Positions 16,110 to 28,774 of a DNA stretch of 64,000 bases are shown here, piece after piece (the stretch's first letter is position 1; each line of letters opens with the position of its first letter). The DNA is taken from the NCBI GenBank assembly GCA_964016885.1, contig OZ024740.1, forward strand, positions 259,780,001-259,844,000, read 5' to 3'. A program made the translations under genes and the position numbers. Under the pieces are notes generated by a model, which was given only the letters and a program-made list of their open reading frames with translations, was not told where the DNA came from and searched no databases. The stretch comes from Eledone cirrhosa. Lineage: Eukaryota.

Positions 16110-16560
16110 AGGTTGGTTGATTTAAATGTTTATAATATTTTTACTACTGGACAGATCATTGTGAAAATTTGCAATATTAGAGAAAAGATTTCAATTTTTA
16201 ACGTGATGCAATCATTGTTGTTCAATACTTTTGAACAATGTCTTGCTAATGTGTTTCTACATGGTTTTATGTGGTTTATTAATTCAAATGTTTATAGTAT
16301 TTTTACTACTGGACAGATCATTGCAGAAATGTGCAATACTGGAGGAAAGACTGCAATTCTTAATGTTATTCAGTCATAATATTATGTACTTTTTTCAGAA
16401 TGTTTTGTTAATGTAGCTTGTTAATTTAAATGTTTACAGTATATTTACTAGGGGACAGATCATTGTGAAAATTTGTGATATTAGAGAAAAGACTTCAATT
16501 TTTAATGTGATGCAATCATAGTGTTCTGTACTTTTCAGGAATATCTTGCTAATGTGGTTC
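16110..16560. repeat. Three diverged ~150-160 bp tandem units
   Basis: aaatgttta..tatt(t)ttacta.tggacagatcattg recurs at ~16124, ~16286 and ~16428. Confidence 0.75.
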
Positions 16561-16859
16561 CATGTAGTACAGGACGTTAAGAAGTAAGTAGATTATGAAA
16601 AATCAAGGGAGGAAGGAATGGTAGGCCATCATTTCTCCACAACATGATACAATAAAAAACAGCCACATGCACTGCCATTTCAGAATGGAAGAATTTTAAA
16701 TATGTAACTGAACCATAAAACTGGCTGACATAAAGATTTATTGGAAGCTATCTGCTCTTGGTATCTTGGTTTTTGGTTACTATGGTAACTGTATTCTTCA
16801 CTTTTACAGAAAGGTAGGGTGGAGGGAATTATAGCAAGACACCAGGGACATGTAGACAC

Positions 16860-17412
16860 ATACTGTGTGTGTATGTCTGTGTGTGTGCATGCCCTTGTCT
16901 GTGTATGAGTGTTTGTACCAGTGTGAGGGTGTTTGTGTTAGTGTATGTGTGTGTGAGTGTTTGTGTGTGTCTGAGTGTTTGTGTGTGTGAGTATTTGTGT
17001 GTGTGCCTGTGTCTATGTGTGTCTCTATCTGTGCATGTGCGTGTGTGCCTACATCTGCACATGTGTGTGCCTGTGTCTATGTCTCTGTGTGTGTCTACAT
17101 CTGTGTGTGTGTGTGCCTGTGTATGTATCTATGTCACTATGTGTGTGTGTGTGTCTGTGTCTATGTCTCTGTGTCTACGTCTGTGTGTGTGTGTGCCTGT
17201 GTCTATGTCTGTGTGTGTGTGTGCCTGTGTCTATGTCTGTGTGTGTGTGTGTGCCTGTGTCTATGTGTGCCTGTGTCTATGTCTGTGTGTGTGTGTGCCT
17301 GTGTCTATGTGTGCCTGTGTCTATGTCTGTGTGTGTGTGTGTGCCTGTGTCTATGTCTGTGTGTGTGTGTGTGCCTGTGTCTATGTCTCTGTGTCTATGT
17401 AACTATGTGTGC
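16860..17412. repeat. (TG)n-derived compound repeat (tgtgcctgtgtctatgtc)
   Basis: Directly visible. Confidence 0.9.
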
Positions 17413-17414
17413 CG

Positions 17415-18575
17415 TAGATAAAACAGGTGTAATACTCAGCCCCTAGATAAAACAGGTGTAATATTCACCCCCTAGATAAAACAGGTGTAATATTCACCCC
17501 CTAGATAAAACAGGTGTAATATTCACCCCCTAGATAAAACAGGTGTAATATTCACCCCCTAGATAAAACAGGTGTAATATTCAGCCCCTAGATAAAACAG
17601 GTGTAATACTCAGCCCCTAGATAAAACAGGTGTAATATTCACCCCCTAGATAAAACAGGTGTAATATTCACCCCCTAGATAAAACAGGTGTAATACTCAT
17701 CCCCTAGATAAAACAGGTGTAATACTCATCCCCTAGATAAAACAGGTGTAATATTCACCCCCTAGATAAAACAGGTGTAATACTTACCCCCTAGATAAAA
17801 CAGGTGTAATACTCAGCCCCTAGATAAAACAGGTGTAATATTCACCCCCTAGATAAAACAGGTGTAATACTCAGCCCCTAGATAAAACAGGTGTAATATT
17901 CACCCCCTAGATAAAACAGGTGTAATATTCACCCCCTAGATAAAACAGGTGTAATATTCACCCCCTAGATAAAACAGGTGTAATATTCACCCCCTAGATA
18001 AAACAGGTGTAATATTCACCCCCTAGATAAAACAGGTGTAATACTCACCCCCTAGATAAAACAGGTGTAATATTCACCCCCTAGATAAAACAGGTGTAAT
18101 ACTCAGCCCCTAGATAAAACAGGTGTAATACTCAGCCCCTAGATAAAACAGGTGTAATATTCACCCCCTAGATAAAACAGGTGTAATATTCACCCCCTAG
18201 ATAAAACAGGTGTAATATTCAACCCCTAGATAAAACAGGTGTAATACTCAGCCCCTAGATAAACAGGTGTAATATTCACCCCCTAGATAAAACAGGTGTA
18301 ATATTCACCCCCTAGATAAAACAGGTGTAATACTCACCCCCTAGATAAAACAGGTGTAATACTCAACCCCTAGATAAAACAGGTGTAATACTCAGCCCCT
18401 AGATAAAACAGGTGTAATACTCAGCCCCTAGATAAAACAGGTGTAATACTCAGCCCCTAGATAAAACAGGTGTAATACTCACCCACCCCCTAGATAAAAC
18501 AGGTGTAATACTCACCCCCTAGATAAAACAGGTGTAATATTCACCCCCTAGATAAAACAGGTGTAATACTCACCT
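17415..18575. repeat. 29-bp minisatellite, ~40 copies (tagataaaacaggtgtaatattcaccccc)
   Basis: Period 29 (e.g. 17531 to 17560); variants att/act and cacc/cagc. Confidence 0.97.
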
Positions 18576-18687
18576 CTACAATGAAAATATTTTAGTACCT
18601 CATTTATATAGAATCTTGAAGTTGGTGAAAATCAACAAAATATTGAGCTTGCATATAAGCCAACCCCCATTTTAACATCAATTTTTT

Positions 18688-20181
18688 GTCACAGAGGCCA
18701 CAGCATATAAACAAGTATATTGTCACACAGTCCACAGCATATAAAAAGTATATTGTCACATAGGCCACAGCATATAAAAAAGTATATTGTCACATAGTCC
18801 ACAGCATATAAACAAGTATATTGTCACATAGTCCACAGCATATAAACAAGTATATTGTCACATAGTCCACAGCATATAAACAAGTATATTGTCACATAGT
18901 CCACAGCATATAAACAAGTATATTGTCACATAGTCCACAGCATATAAACAAGTATATTGTCACATAGTCCACAGCATATAAACAAGTATATTGTCACATA
19001 GTCCACAGCATATAAACAAGTATATTGTCACATAGTCCACAGCATATAAACAAGTATATTGTCACATAGTCCACAGCATATAAACAAGTATATTGTCACA
19101 TAGTCCACAGCATATAAACAAGTATATTGTCACATAGTCCACAGCATATAAACAAGTATATTCTCACATAGGCCACAGCATATAAACAAGTATATTGTCA
19201 CATAGTCCACAGCATATAAACAAGTATATTGTCACATATTCCACAGCATATAAACAAGTATATTGTCACATAGGCCACAGCATATAAACAAGTATATTGT
19301 CACATAGGCCACAGCATATAAACAAGTATATTGTCACATAGTCCACAGCATATAAACAAGTATATTGTCACATAGTCCACAGCATATAAACAAGTATATT
19401 GTCACATAGTCCACAGCATATAAACAAGTATATTGTCACATAGTCCACAGCATATAAACAAGTATATTGTCACATAGTCCACAGCATATAAACAAGTATA
19501 TTGTCACATAGTCCACAGCATATAAACAAGTATATTGTCACATAGTCCACAGCATATAAACAAGTATATTGTCACATAGTCCACAGCATATAAACAAGTA
19601 TATTGTCACATAGTCCACAGCATATAAACAAGTATATTGTCACATAGTCCACAGCATATAAACAAGTATATTGTCACATAGTCCACAGCATATAAACAAG
19701 TATATTGTCACATAGGCCACAGCATATAAACAAGTATATTGTCACATAGTCCACAGCATATAAACAAGTATATTGTCACATAGTCCACAGCATATAAACA
19801 AGTATATTGTCACATAGTCCACAGCATATAAACAAGTATATTGTCACATAGTCCACAGCATATAAACAAGTATATTGTCACATAGTCCACAGCATATAAA
19901 CAAGTATATTCTCACATAGGCCACAGCATATAAACAAGTATATTGTCACATAGTCCACAGCATATAAACAAGTATATTGTCACATAGGCCACAGCATATA
20001 AACAAGTATATTGTCACATAGTCCACAGCATATAAACAAGTATATTCTCACATAGGCCACATCATATAAACAAGTATATTGTCACATAGTCCACAGCATA
20101 TAAACAAGTATATTCTCACATAGGCCACATCATATAAACAAGTATATTCTCACATAGGCCACATCATATAAACAAGTATAT
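18688..20181. repeat. 34-bp minisatellite, ~44 copies (gtcacatagtccacagcatataaacaagtatatt)
   Basis: Highly homogeneous tandem array with no spacers. Confidence 0.97.
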
Positions 20182-20729
20182 ACGGTAGTTTGAAAGTCTG
20201 CAGAATGTGTAGAAGTCCTAATATTGTAAAGAAGGTGGTAATCTGTCTGTTAGTCGCAATTAAAAAGCAATCAACTGGTTATGCAAATATTTTAGACAAC
20301 TTGTCGGCTTAAGTCTAACAGATTAGTACCGAAGGTAGATATATATCAAGAGACTTTAATTGATGTTTAGTGACAACTAATTGATAGAGATATTAATCAG
20401 ATGGTTGCTGAACTATTTTGAGAATCATTATCGGTAGAGGGTCAGACGCCATGCTTTCCAGCATAGTTGTTGGCCCTGTGCCTAAAGTAGAAACAATTAT
20501 TTAGAAAACGGGAAGGGAGAGCATTAAGGAAGATGCTTTTCAATCAGCAGTGTCTTAATTATTGACTTTTACATCTGTTCCATTGGTAAACTGGAACTAC
20601 TTTTGAGGCAGGCACTACAGATAGGTGTGTGTGTGTGTGTGTGTGTATTCATTTTATTAAGGCTAGATAGTGAGTCATGTTACTCTGAAGTTTTGCCTGT
20701 TTATCACAAGAGTTCTTGTCTGATGACAC

Positions 20730-22640
20730 TGTGGCTTTCTGCCTCCCACCTTTAGGGGATAGCCCACGCATGAACCTGTTCACACCAAAAGGGTGATGAC
20801 CTAGAATTTGACCTTTAGCTGTCACCCAAGGTTCAAGGCACGGACAGATTTCACTACATTAGTTCCCTACCCAGATCGATACAGGAGCAGCGATCGATTA
20901 TAAATATGATTCCTAGAAGCGTGTCCCAAAACACACAAAATGTGGGTACTGCGCCCGCACTTTGAGTGTAGAGAAATTTGGAGAGACAGAAAAAAAAAAT
21001 ATTGTATAACTGTGTATGCATGTGTGTGTGTAACATTTAGAAGGAACTGTAAAAATACAAAGTTGTGATCATGTATTTCGAACTGTTGTGTATGGATGGA
21101 CATTGGGGTTACGGTATCGGATTACGATATGACGACACAGAGGACTATTTCTCTCGATGTATCATCATACGTAAGATTCTCTTCCAATGAGTCGAGGTTT
21201 ATGCTATGACATGAGTGTGTGCAATTTTGAGTTGCGTGCTCAGTGAGTCGAGCGAGTAGTAACCGTGGGTTGATTATCATGTGTTAAATAGCTGTTGCAG
21301 AACTTCAACCAGTTGAATCTCGATGTATTATCATACGTAAGATTCTTTTCCCATGAGTCGATTTTATGCTATGACATGCGTGTGTGCAATTTTGAGTTGC
21401 GTGCTCAGTGAGTCGAGCGAGTAGTAACCGTGGGTTGATTATCATGTGTTTAATAGCTTTTGCTGAACCTCGACCAGTTGAAAACCGAAGAGACCCAACC
21501 GAATCCAGAATATACCATAGACAAAAAAAAAACATGTTAGTGTGGAAAAGAAAATGATGTGTGTTTGATGCAAAACGTGTTATTCATACAGGTATATACA
21601 GTAAAACGAATAAAAAAATAAAAATGTCATTCACACATAACCTGTAAAAAAAATTTTTTTTAATATTTATATAATTGTTCTTTACAAAAAGTTCAGTTCT
21701 CTCTTTATGTGAATGTTTTCTTGCAAGGAAGCTAGTAGTATTGTTTGTTGTTGTTGGAGATTACGAAGCAAGTGGTGAAGTGTTTGGTAATTAGTCAAAA
21801 CATAAAAGCGAAGTCACTGTAAATATTCCGTAGGATGGAAGTTTGGTGAATAATTTGAAAAAGTTTTATCATATCGTAGAATATGGATGAGAAGCTTGGT
21901 AAGAGAAAGTTGTTGATATTGGCAAAAGAAGCCATGATCAAATCAAAAGGCTGCGTAGTTTTCTTTTTTTTTTTTAAATACCACTTCGTATTATTTTTAA
22001 TTTTTTTTTAACGTCAGGTCACCAATTTAACAAAGGGTATTAATAAGAAACAGATTAACATGATTGTTGGATGTATTATAACAGTTGTTAGATGAGGTAA
22101 CATGAATAAATATTTTAGTTTATATATGGTTTACTTCACGTGAATCAATTAAAAAGTACAATAAAACAGTTACCAAGAGTTGCGAAGGTTGACAATATTA
22201 TTTTGTTGATGATATGAAAACAGCGAGCGACGAGATAAAGTTTGTTGGTGGTTAAAGTTTGTTGCAGTCGTCATAAGTAGTTTTCGTCGTGAGTCTGAGA
22301 CCATAGTGAGTGAGAGATAGTAATGGTCTGTAATTGATTGTAGACCACTGTGGCTTCTAGATAGCGGAATATCTTTCACATAGCGGGTCTGTAGTAGTAG
22401 GGCTCTGATCTCTCTGTATCTCTGTAGACCTCTAGGGTCTGTTGATAGCGGTGAATCATTACATAGCTTGTTGTGTATCGTAGAGCTCCGATCTATCTGT
22501 TCAAGGTGGGAAAATATAGGCTTTATATACCTGTCGCTTTCTGCCTCCCACCTTTAGGGGATAGCCCACGCATGAACCTGTTCACACCAAAAGGGTGATG
22601 ACCTAGAATTTGACCTTTAGGTTCAAGGCGCAGACAGATT

Positions 22641-22648
<8 letters not shown>
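20730..22648 (-). mobile_element. Non-autonomous LTR retrotransposon (5' LTR ~22027-22648, truncated 3' LTR 20730-20858)
   Basis: ~120 bp direct repeats at 20730-20858 and 22532-22648, starting TGTAGTG/TATAGTG on -. TATA-like GGTATATAAAG. PBS TGGTGACCTGACGT (22011-22024) resembles the tRNA-Trp complement TGGTGACCCCGACGT. Purine-rich GGGTAGGGAAC precedes the 3' LTR. No gag/pol recognised. Confidence 0.7.
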
Positions 22649-22681
<33 letters not shown>

Positions 22682-23045
22682 CTGGAATGCCTAGCTGGTG
22701 AGATATAGTTAGACATTGGGACTGGAATACCTGGTTGGTGAGATATAGTCAGACATTGGGACTGGAATACCTGGTTGGTGAGATATAGTCAGATATTGGA
22801 ACATGATTACCAAGTTAGTGAGTTCAAAGACTCATCAGAGTACATTATTTGCAGCAACCTGATTATGTTGTTATGTTTCATCTTCATTTACTGTAAATAT
22901 TGCTTTCAGATCATCTTTCAGAGACCAATCTAATCACTCAATCACACATGAGTACTCGTCTGTACCTTAACAACTCTGAGAGAGATTAAGCATAATGCAG
23001 TCTGTGAATTCTTTAACATTCAGTCACTCTGGATTCATGTATGTA

Positions 23046-23088
<43 letters not shown>

Positions 23089-23215
23089 GAATATACGTAT
23101 TGTATATCTAATAATATACTGTAAGTTTATTTTAAAACATTTTGAAGACCGTTCACTATGAATTTATGGTAGTGGCTATAGTCACATACCTAGCTTCATT
23201 AAAAATAAAGGGGAA

Positions 23216-23256
23216 TAACCGACACGTTTCTCACTGTTTAGCGGTTATCAAGGCTA
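23216..23256 (-). ncRNA. Decayed minimal hammerhead in a solo pLTR fragment (~23090-23256)
   Basis: TAGCC-TTGATAA-CCGCT AAAC AGTGA-GAAAC GT GTC-GGTTA; two transitions in the core; the fragment runs into (TA)n at ~23088. Confidence 0.55.
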
Positions 23257-24290
23257 CAGTGGAATCTCATTGAAGTCACTTGTGACAAAGACCCTCAACA
23301 GGATGATTCTTAACAGAATCCAGCCCAAGATGGAGAAGAAGCTCAGGAACAACCAGAATGACTTCAGAGAGGAAAGATCAACCACCAGTCACATACTGAT
23401 GTTGAGGAGAATTCTAGAGGAAGCTAGAGCAAAGAGCCTTCCTGCTGTTATGGTTTTCATTGACTTCAGGAAGACCTTTGATTCTGTGGACTGAGACTGC
23501 CTGATGAAGATCTTACATACTTATGGAATCCCCAAGAAGATACTGGACCTGATATCACTGCTCAATATCAACAACAGAGCCCAAGTCATTACACCTGATG
23601 GGGTGACGGAGTTCTTTGAGATATTGGCTGGAGTGCTCTAAGGCAATACATGTGAGTAAGACAAAATATCTGGTAGAGAACATCATGGAACCAGAGAAGA
23701 TTATGAATGTGGGTGCAAAGCTGCTAGAGCTGGTTGAGGGCTTCCTGTATCTGGGAGCAGAAGATTAGGAACACAGACGATGATATGGTGGTGAGGAAGA
23801 GCAAAGCCTGGGCAGCATGTCACAGTTTGAGGTTGGTGTGGAAGTCAGACCTTCGTAAAGACCTGAAGATCCGTCTCTTAGTCGCTACAATGGAGTCTGT
23901 GCTGCTGTACAAGTCTGATACTTGGACACTGACCGAGAAACTTACTGAGATGGTGGATGGGTGCTACACGAGGACGCTGAGGATGGCTCTGAACATTATT
24001 CAGTATGCACAGAAGATGAAAAACTCAGAGGTATAAGAGAGCCTTCCAAAAGTCAGCTCAAAAATAACACAGAGGAGACTGAGGTTAGCTGGACATGCTC
24101 ACCGACATTCAGAGTTGCCACTGCACTCAGTGGTCCTGTGGGAGCCCCTACACGAACACACTGAAAGATGGAGACCGTAGATGACATGTGTTGAAGCCCT
24201 AAGGACAGACGCTGGGAGACACGGGACATAGTAGAGATGATGAAAGACAGAGACCACTGGAGAGAACTTGTCCATGGATCTTGGGAATTT
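23257..24290 (+). mobile_element. Decayed RTE/RTE-X-like LINE RT fragment with internal deletion
   Basis: LNRIQP..LRNNQNDFREERST, FIDFRKTFDSVD, AGVL*G, FLYLG, ESVLLY..TWTLT, RRLRLAGH. Confidence 0.8.
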
Positions 24291-24637
24291 TACCCACCCT
24301 ATATATATATGTGAGTGCATTGTAGTTTGCTTGATGCAGGATGTTATTTGAAGACTATGGCAATGCAAAATGGACAGTAGATTTTGGAATAAATTAAAAG
24401 CAACGAAGATGCTGGTGTGTCACTTATTTTATTTACCTGTCCTAATATTTCAGGTATAAAACCCCTTTGTCAGAAAACTATGAGAAACTTGCTTTTGTTG
24501 TCAGAGGTTTGCTATTTTCTATCCATTGAAGGAAAAATGGGTAATTTTATGTCTATTGTTTCTTCAGTTATAATTTTATATATATATATATATATACGAT
24601 ATTAAATAAATGGAAACTATATTTATAAAACCATATT

Positions 24638-24703
24638 TATTTCATTATATATATTTCAGGGATATCATATTAAAAATATGGTATGCCTTCATCAGACAAA
24701 ATA
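24638..24703 (-). ncRNA. Type-I hammerhead ribozyme with intact core and long stem II
   Basis: UAUUUUGU-CUGAUGA-AGGCAUACCAUAUU UUU AAUAUGAUAUCCCU-GAAAU AUAU AUA^AUGAAAUA; predicted cleavage between 24646 and 24645. Confidence 0.8.
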
Positions 24704-24966
24704 CAATATAAACAGTCTTATAAATAGATAGATTTGACATACCTTACACTTCAACTTCCATTTAAAAAGTTGATTTGGTAGTGAAAAATGTTAGGGACAG
24801 TTATAGAGAAAAAAAGAGAAAAGAAAGAAAGAAAGAAAACGAAGAAAAAGAAGAAATGCATGCAACGAAAAACCGAGAGAGATAGATATAAAGAGATAGA
24901 TAGAGAGAAGAAATTCATGTAAAGAAAAAACAGAGAGAGATAGATAGAGAGAGAAAAAACAGAGGG

Positions 24967-24999
<33 letters not shown>

Positions 25000-26110
25000 A
25001 AAGAGAGAGAGAGAGAAAAAATAGAGAGAGATAGATATAGATAAAGATAGAGAGAGAGAAAAATAGGTAGTTGGGCACCAGTTGAATGACGTATCAATGA
25101 TATATTTATTTATTTATTTAGTTATAGTATTAAGGTAGAGAGAGATATATGTGGTTATGAGAGAAAACAGCCGTTACATAGAGAGAAAAGAAAAATATCC
25201 AGAGATAAACGAGGCAGATTTAAAACACTATGTTTCATCAATCTAAAATATCAATTTGTATGAATTAGGTATTATAATGTAAATATCAGTATTCATGAAT
25301 GAGACACGTATCAATAATGTGTGAAAAATAATGATCATATGTCTAGTTTAAAATTCTTAGGTTTATAATCAGAACTGAGATAAAACTTTAAAAAAAAAAT
25401 TGAAATACATAAGTATATATGCACTTTCATGAAAAAAGAAAAGAAAATAGAAGGTTATCCCAGATTCGACACTATAGACATCCATGTGAATTTACGTGAT
25501 CAACTCTGCAAATTCTTATTTCACATGAAAACATTCTCATTGTGCTATAAAAATTCTAGTATACATATATGTGTACATACACACAAATATATATAGAATC
25601 TACATTAATTTTAAGAATAATATTCTTGCCTTTACTCTACATGATTATCGTTCAAGCATAGAATAGACAACAGATATCAATATATCAATAAAAATATTAA
25701 AAATATTAAAAATATTAAAAATATTAAAAAATATTAAAAAATATAATTAAAACGCCAAGAAAATTCCCAGAGTATCTCGGGCCGTAATAAACACAGAAAT
25801 CTACCCTTCAAATGTATTTGACAATATATTGCCAAGTTCATTAGAAGCATCAGAATCAAAAGCAAACAAAACCAAAATTATTCACCAAATCCTGTCTAGC
25901 AGAAATCATTCCAAAAGTTTAGGATACCCATTTGATCTACAGATGGTCTTATATTTATTATAGAAGTTTATCTAGTGTAAAATTTATTCGATATATTTGG
26001 AGCATCATCTTTTAGGGTAGTTTAATTATTCATAAAGAATGTTTAAAAAAAAGAAATCGAAAGATTTATCGGCGAGTTTCATAAATAATTACAAATCTTA
26101 AGTAAATATA

Positions 26111-28270
26111 CTACATTTTAAATTTATATTTATATTTAAAAGTTGAGTTCAATCTATGTCTGCAGCAACTGAATAAATTTGTCCGTAAATTAAGGGAATT
26201 TTTAGATTTTAGTATAAAGAATATCTCCTCCGCGCAGAGGTCACATGTCTCAGAAGATGAATTAAAAGGAATCCCTCTTGAGACTATATTCCAAGCCGTC
26301 GAATATCCAACGTTATCATGCTAAGGTTGCCAGAGTAAGCCTGATAGTGATGTTGAAGATTTTTTTGCTTGGATCTGTGAAAGAATTCTTGTGGTTATTA
26401 TAGCGAAGTTTAAATTCTGTCGAGGTGGAACCAACATAGTTAAAAGAATTTAAGTCCGTTTTAACAATACAGTTGTATATTATATTTTTAACTAAGCAAT
26501 TGTTATTTAACGGACATTTAGATCTATCTCTACAGTTACATTTGTTTACTTGGATATTATTTAGGCTATTATCGGTATTTTGGCTAGGTTTTAAATTCCT
26601 ATTATTTAATCTATTAATATTTTGTGCTAAATTTTTGGTGGATGAGTAAGTTAATTTTATAGTATGTCTATTGAAAATTGAGTGATACTTATGTGTTCTA
26701 GGGAAGCGATTATCAAGAGCATTAAAAAATAGTTTAGCGATGTTGGTTTTAATGTTTAGTGAGAAAGGGGGGGCAAACCATATTATGTTTCTAGTTCTAT
26801 TTCCTTTTTGGCTTTTGGAATTATTGTAATGCTTTCTATTATAGTTGTTAAAGTTGTTGCCGTAATTAAAATTGTTGTTATTTTGGTTAGTTTGTCTATT
26901 ATTATCTATGTACATAATTTTATCACTATATCCTGCTCTAGCTAACGCTTCATTGTAATACTGGGCTTTTTCGTCGAAAATCTTTTTATTAGATGAGATT
27001 CTAGAGATACGTTTTTGAACAGAGTTCACTATAGTATTTTTAACAGATCTGGGGTGATTAGAGTTAAAACTAACATAGTTCAAGTTTTCATTCAACTTGT
27101 GAAATGGATAGTGAAGACATGTGTTGAGATTTAATGTTACATCTAGGAAATTGACTATTCTATGGTTATTCTCAATTTCTATTTTTAGATTAAAGTAATT
27201 AAAAAATTGTGTAATTTGTTTTCTTTTTCTATTTAGTTCAGAGTTATTATTTTCAATAAGTAAAAGCATGTCATCTCTATATAATCCTCCGGTAACACCG
27301 GGTATTTTCCTATGCAGCGAATTAATTATAAATAGGCCCACAAGGTCCGTTACCTGAGCTGAGTCGGATGATCCCATAGTAATGTCGAAATTGTTATTTC
27401 TATCTGCTCTGGTCCATAGTTGGTTATTAAATTCTATCAATGTTTTCCTAGCCGATAATATAATGTGCATTTCATTGCTAGTTAGGTCTGTATGTTTGAA
27501 TGCGTAATTTAGTGCCTTATTTAGTAGATTAGGGGTAATAGATGAATAATAGTTAGCAATATCTAGTTGAATAAATTTATTATTATTGTTATATTTAATT
27601 TCTTTAAACCACTCAATAACCTCTCCAGTTCCCTTCCACAAGCTCAAGTTAGGTAAACAATTCAAGTTTTTAATTTGCTGTATCACCCTGTCTAGAATGT
27701 TTTTGCTAAGTTTACCCAGGTCAGATTTTGATGGTGCAATCAATCTGACTGGCAGGTCATTTTCAAAATTTCTTTTGTGATCTTTCATATTGATCTTGGG
27801 TTTCTTGGGCACGAAAGGTTGTGTTTTGTTCTCAATTTCCAACTCATGCATTATACAAGATGCCTCAACATTCATTTTCTCAAGTTTGGCCTTATCTGCT
27901 ATCTTGTACTTTTTCCTCAGTTCTTTCAGTATGAGGCCATTATACATGTCTTTTTGCACTCCATAGAGGTTGTTGGTCTTGTCCGATTTCACCAAGATCG
28001 TCTCAGTTCTCTCTAAGCTCTCAATATTATCCTTAATGCCTTTCAGATATTCCTGGCCTTTGAAGTTTCTCTTGAATTTGACTCCTTGTATGATAGAAAT
28101 TATATCGTTTTCAAAGTCAATTAAAAGTTTGTTGGGGGGTGGATTTTTTTTAGATTTGAAAACTTTGTCTAAGTCCGAGACATTTTCATTTATATTAGAT
28201 TTATCAAAGTGGAATGCACGCCACCTGATTCTCCTTATAAAAGAGTCCGATTTATCTATTAATTGTTTAA
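26111..28270 (-). pseudogene. PLE reverse transcriptase + C-terminal GIY-YIG endonuclease
   Basis: Open for ~650 codons: FIRRIRWRAFHF, SDKT, MGSSDSAQ, YRDD, FLDV, SNHP, IIWFAPPFS, CNCx5CPLx3C, IIY...YVGST, KLRYNNH. One frameshift in an A-run (~26365) and one stop, then CDLCAEE...LNLR...CCRH. About 20 N-terminal codons are missing relative to the 11046 paralog. Confidence 0.93.
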
Positions 28271-28412
28271 TAATGAAATAAATATGGTTTTATAAATATA
28301 GTTTCCATTTATTTAATATCGTAAATATACTCCAAATACTTGTTGAGTGCTTTTATATCAGTTATAAATATTTACTCGTTGTAACCCAACAATTTAAATA
28401 AAACTTTGCATA

Positions 28413-28443
<31 letters not shown>

Positions 28444-28596
28444 CAAGATGGATTCAGTAAGAAACGGGTTAGACCATTACTCCCCAGAGTACTCGATACT
28501 TGGGGTAGTAGAGTATGGTTACATGAATGAGTCAGGACCTCGGTGGCTGAGCTCTTGCCATTTCAACAGCTAGTTCCAGACTACATATATATATAA

Positions 28597-28635
<39 letters not shown>

Positions 28636-28774
28636 TATATATACACACACACACATACACATATATATACACACATATATATACACACACACACATATAT
28701 ATACACACATATATATACACACACACACATATATATACACACATATATATACACACACACACATATATATATAT

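Larger units (their letters stand above)
24596..28410 (-). mobile_element. Near full-length Penelope-like element (Hydra-clade-like) with 3' pLTR, HHR and inverted 5' pLTR segment, inserted in (TA)n
   Basis: ORF and HHR listed separately. 24597-24648 is the reverse complement of 28270-28322. (TA)n at ~24580 and ~28411. Confidence 0.9.

Noticed and set aside
17415-20181. CRISPR-like arrays (29- and 34-bp repeats; also the 50-bp array)
   Set aside because: Head-to-tail repeats without unique spacers, no cas genes, eukaryotic context.
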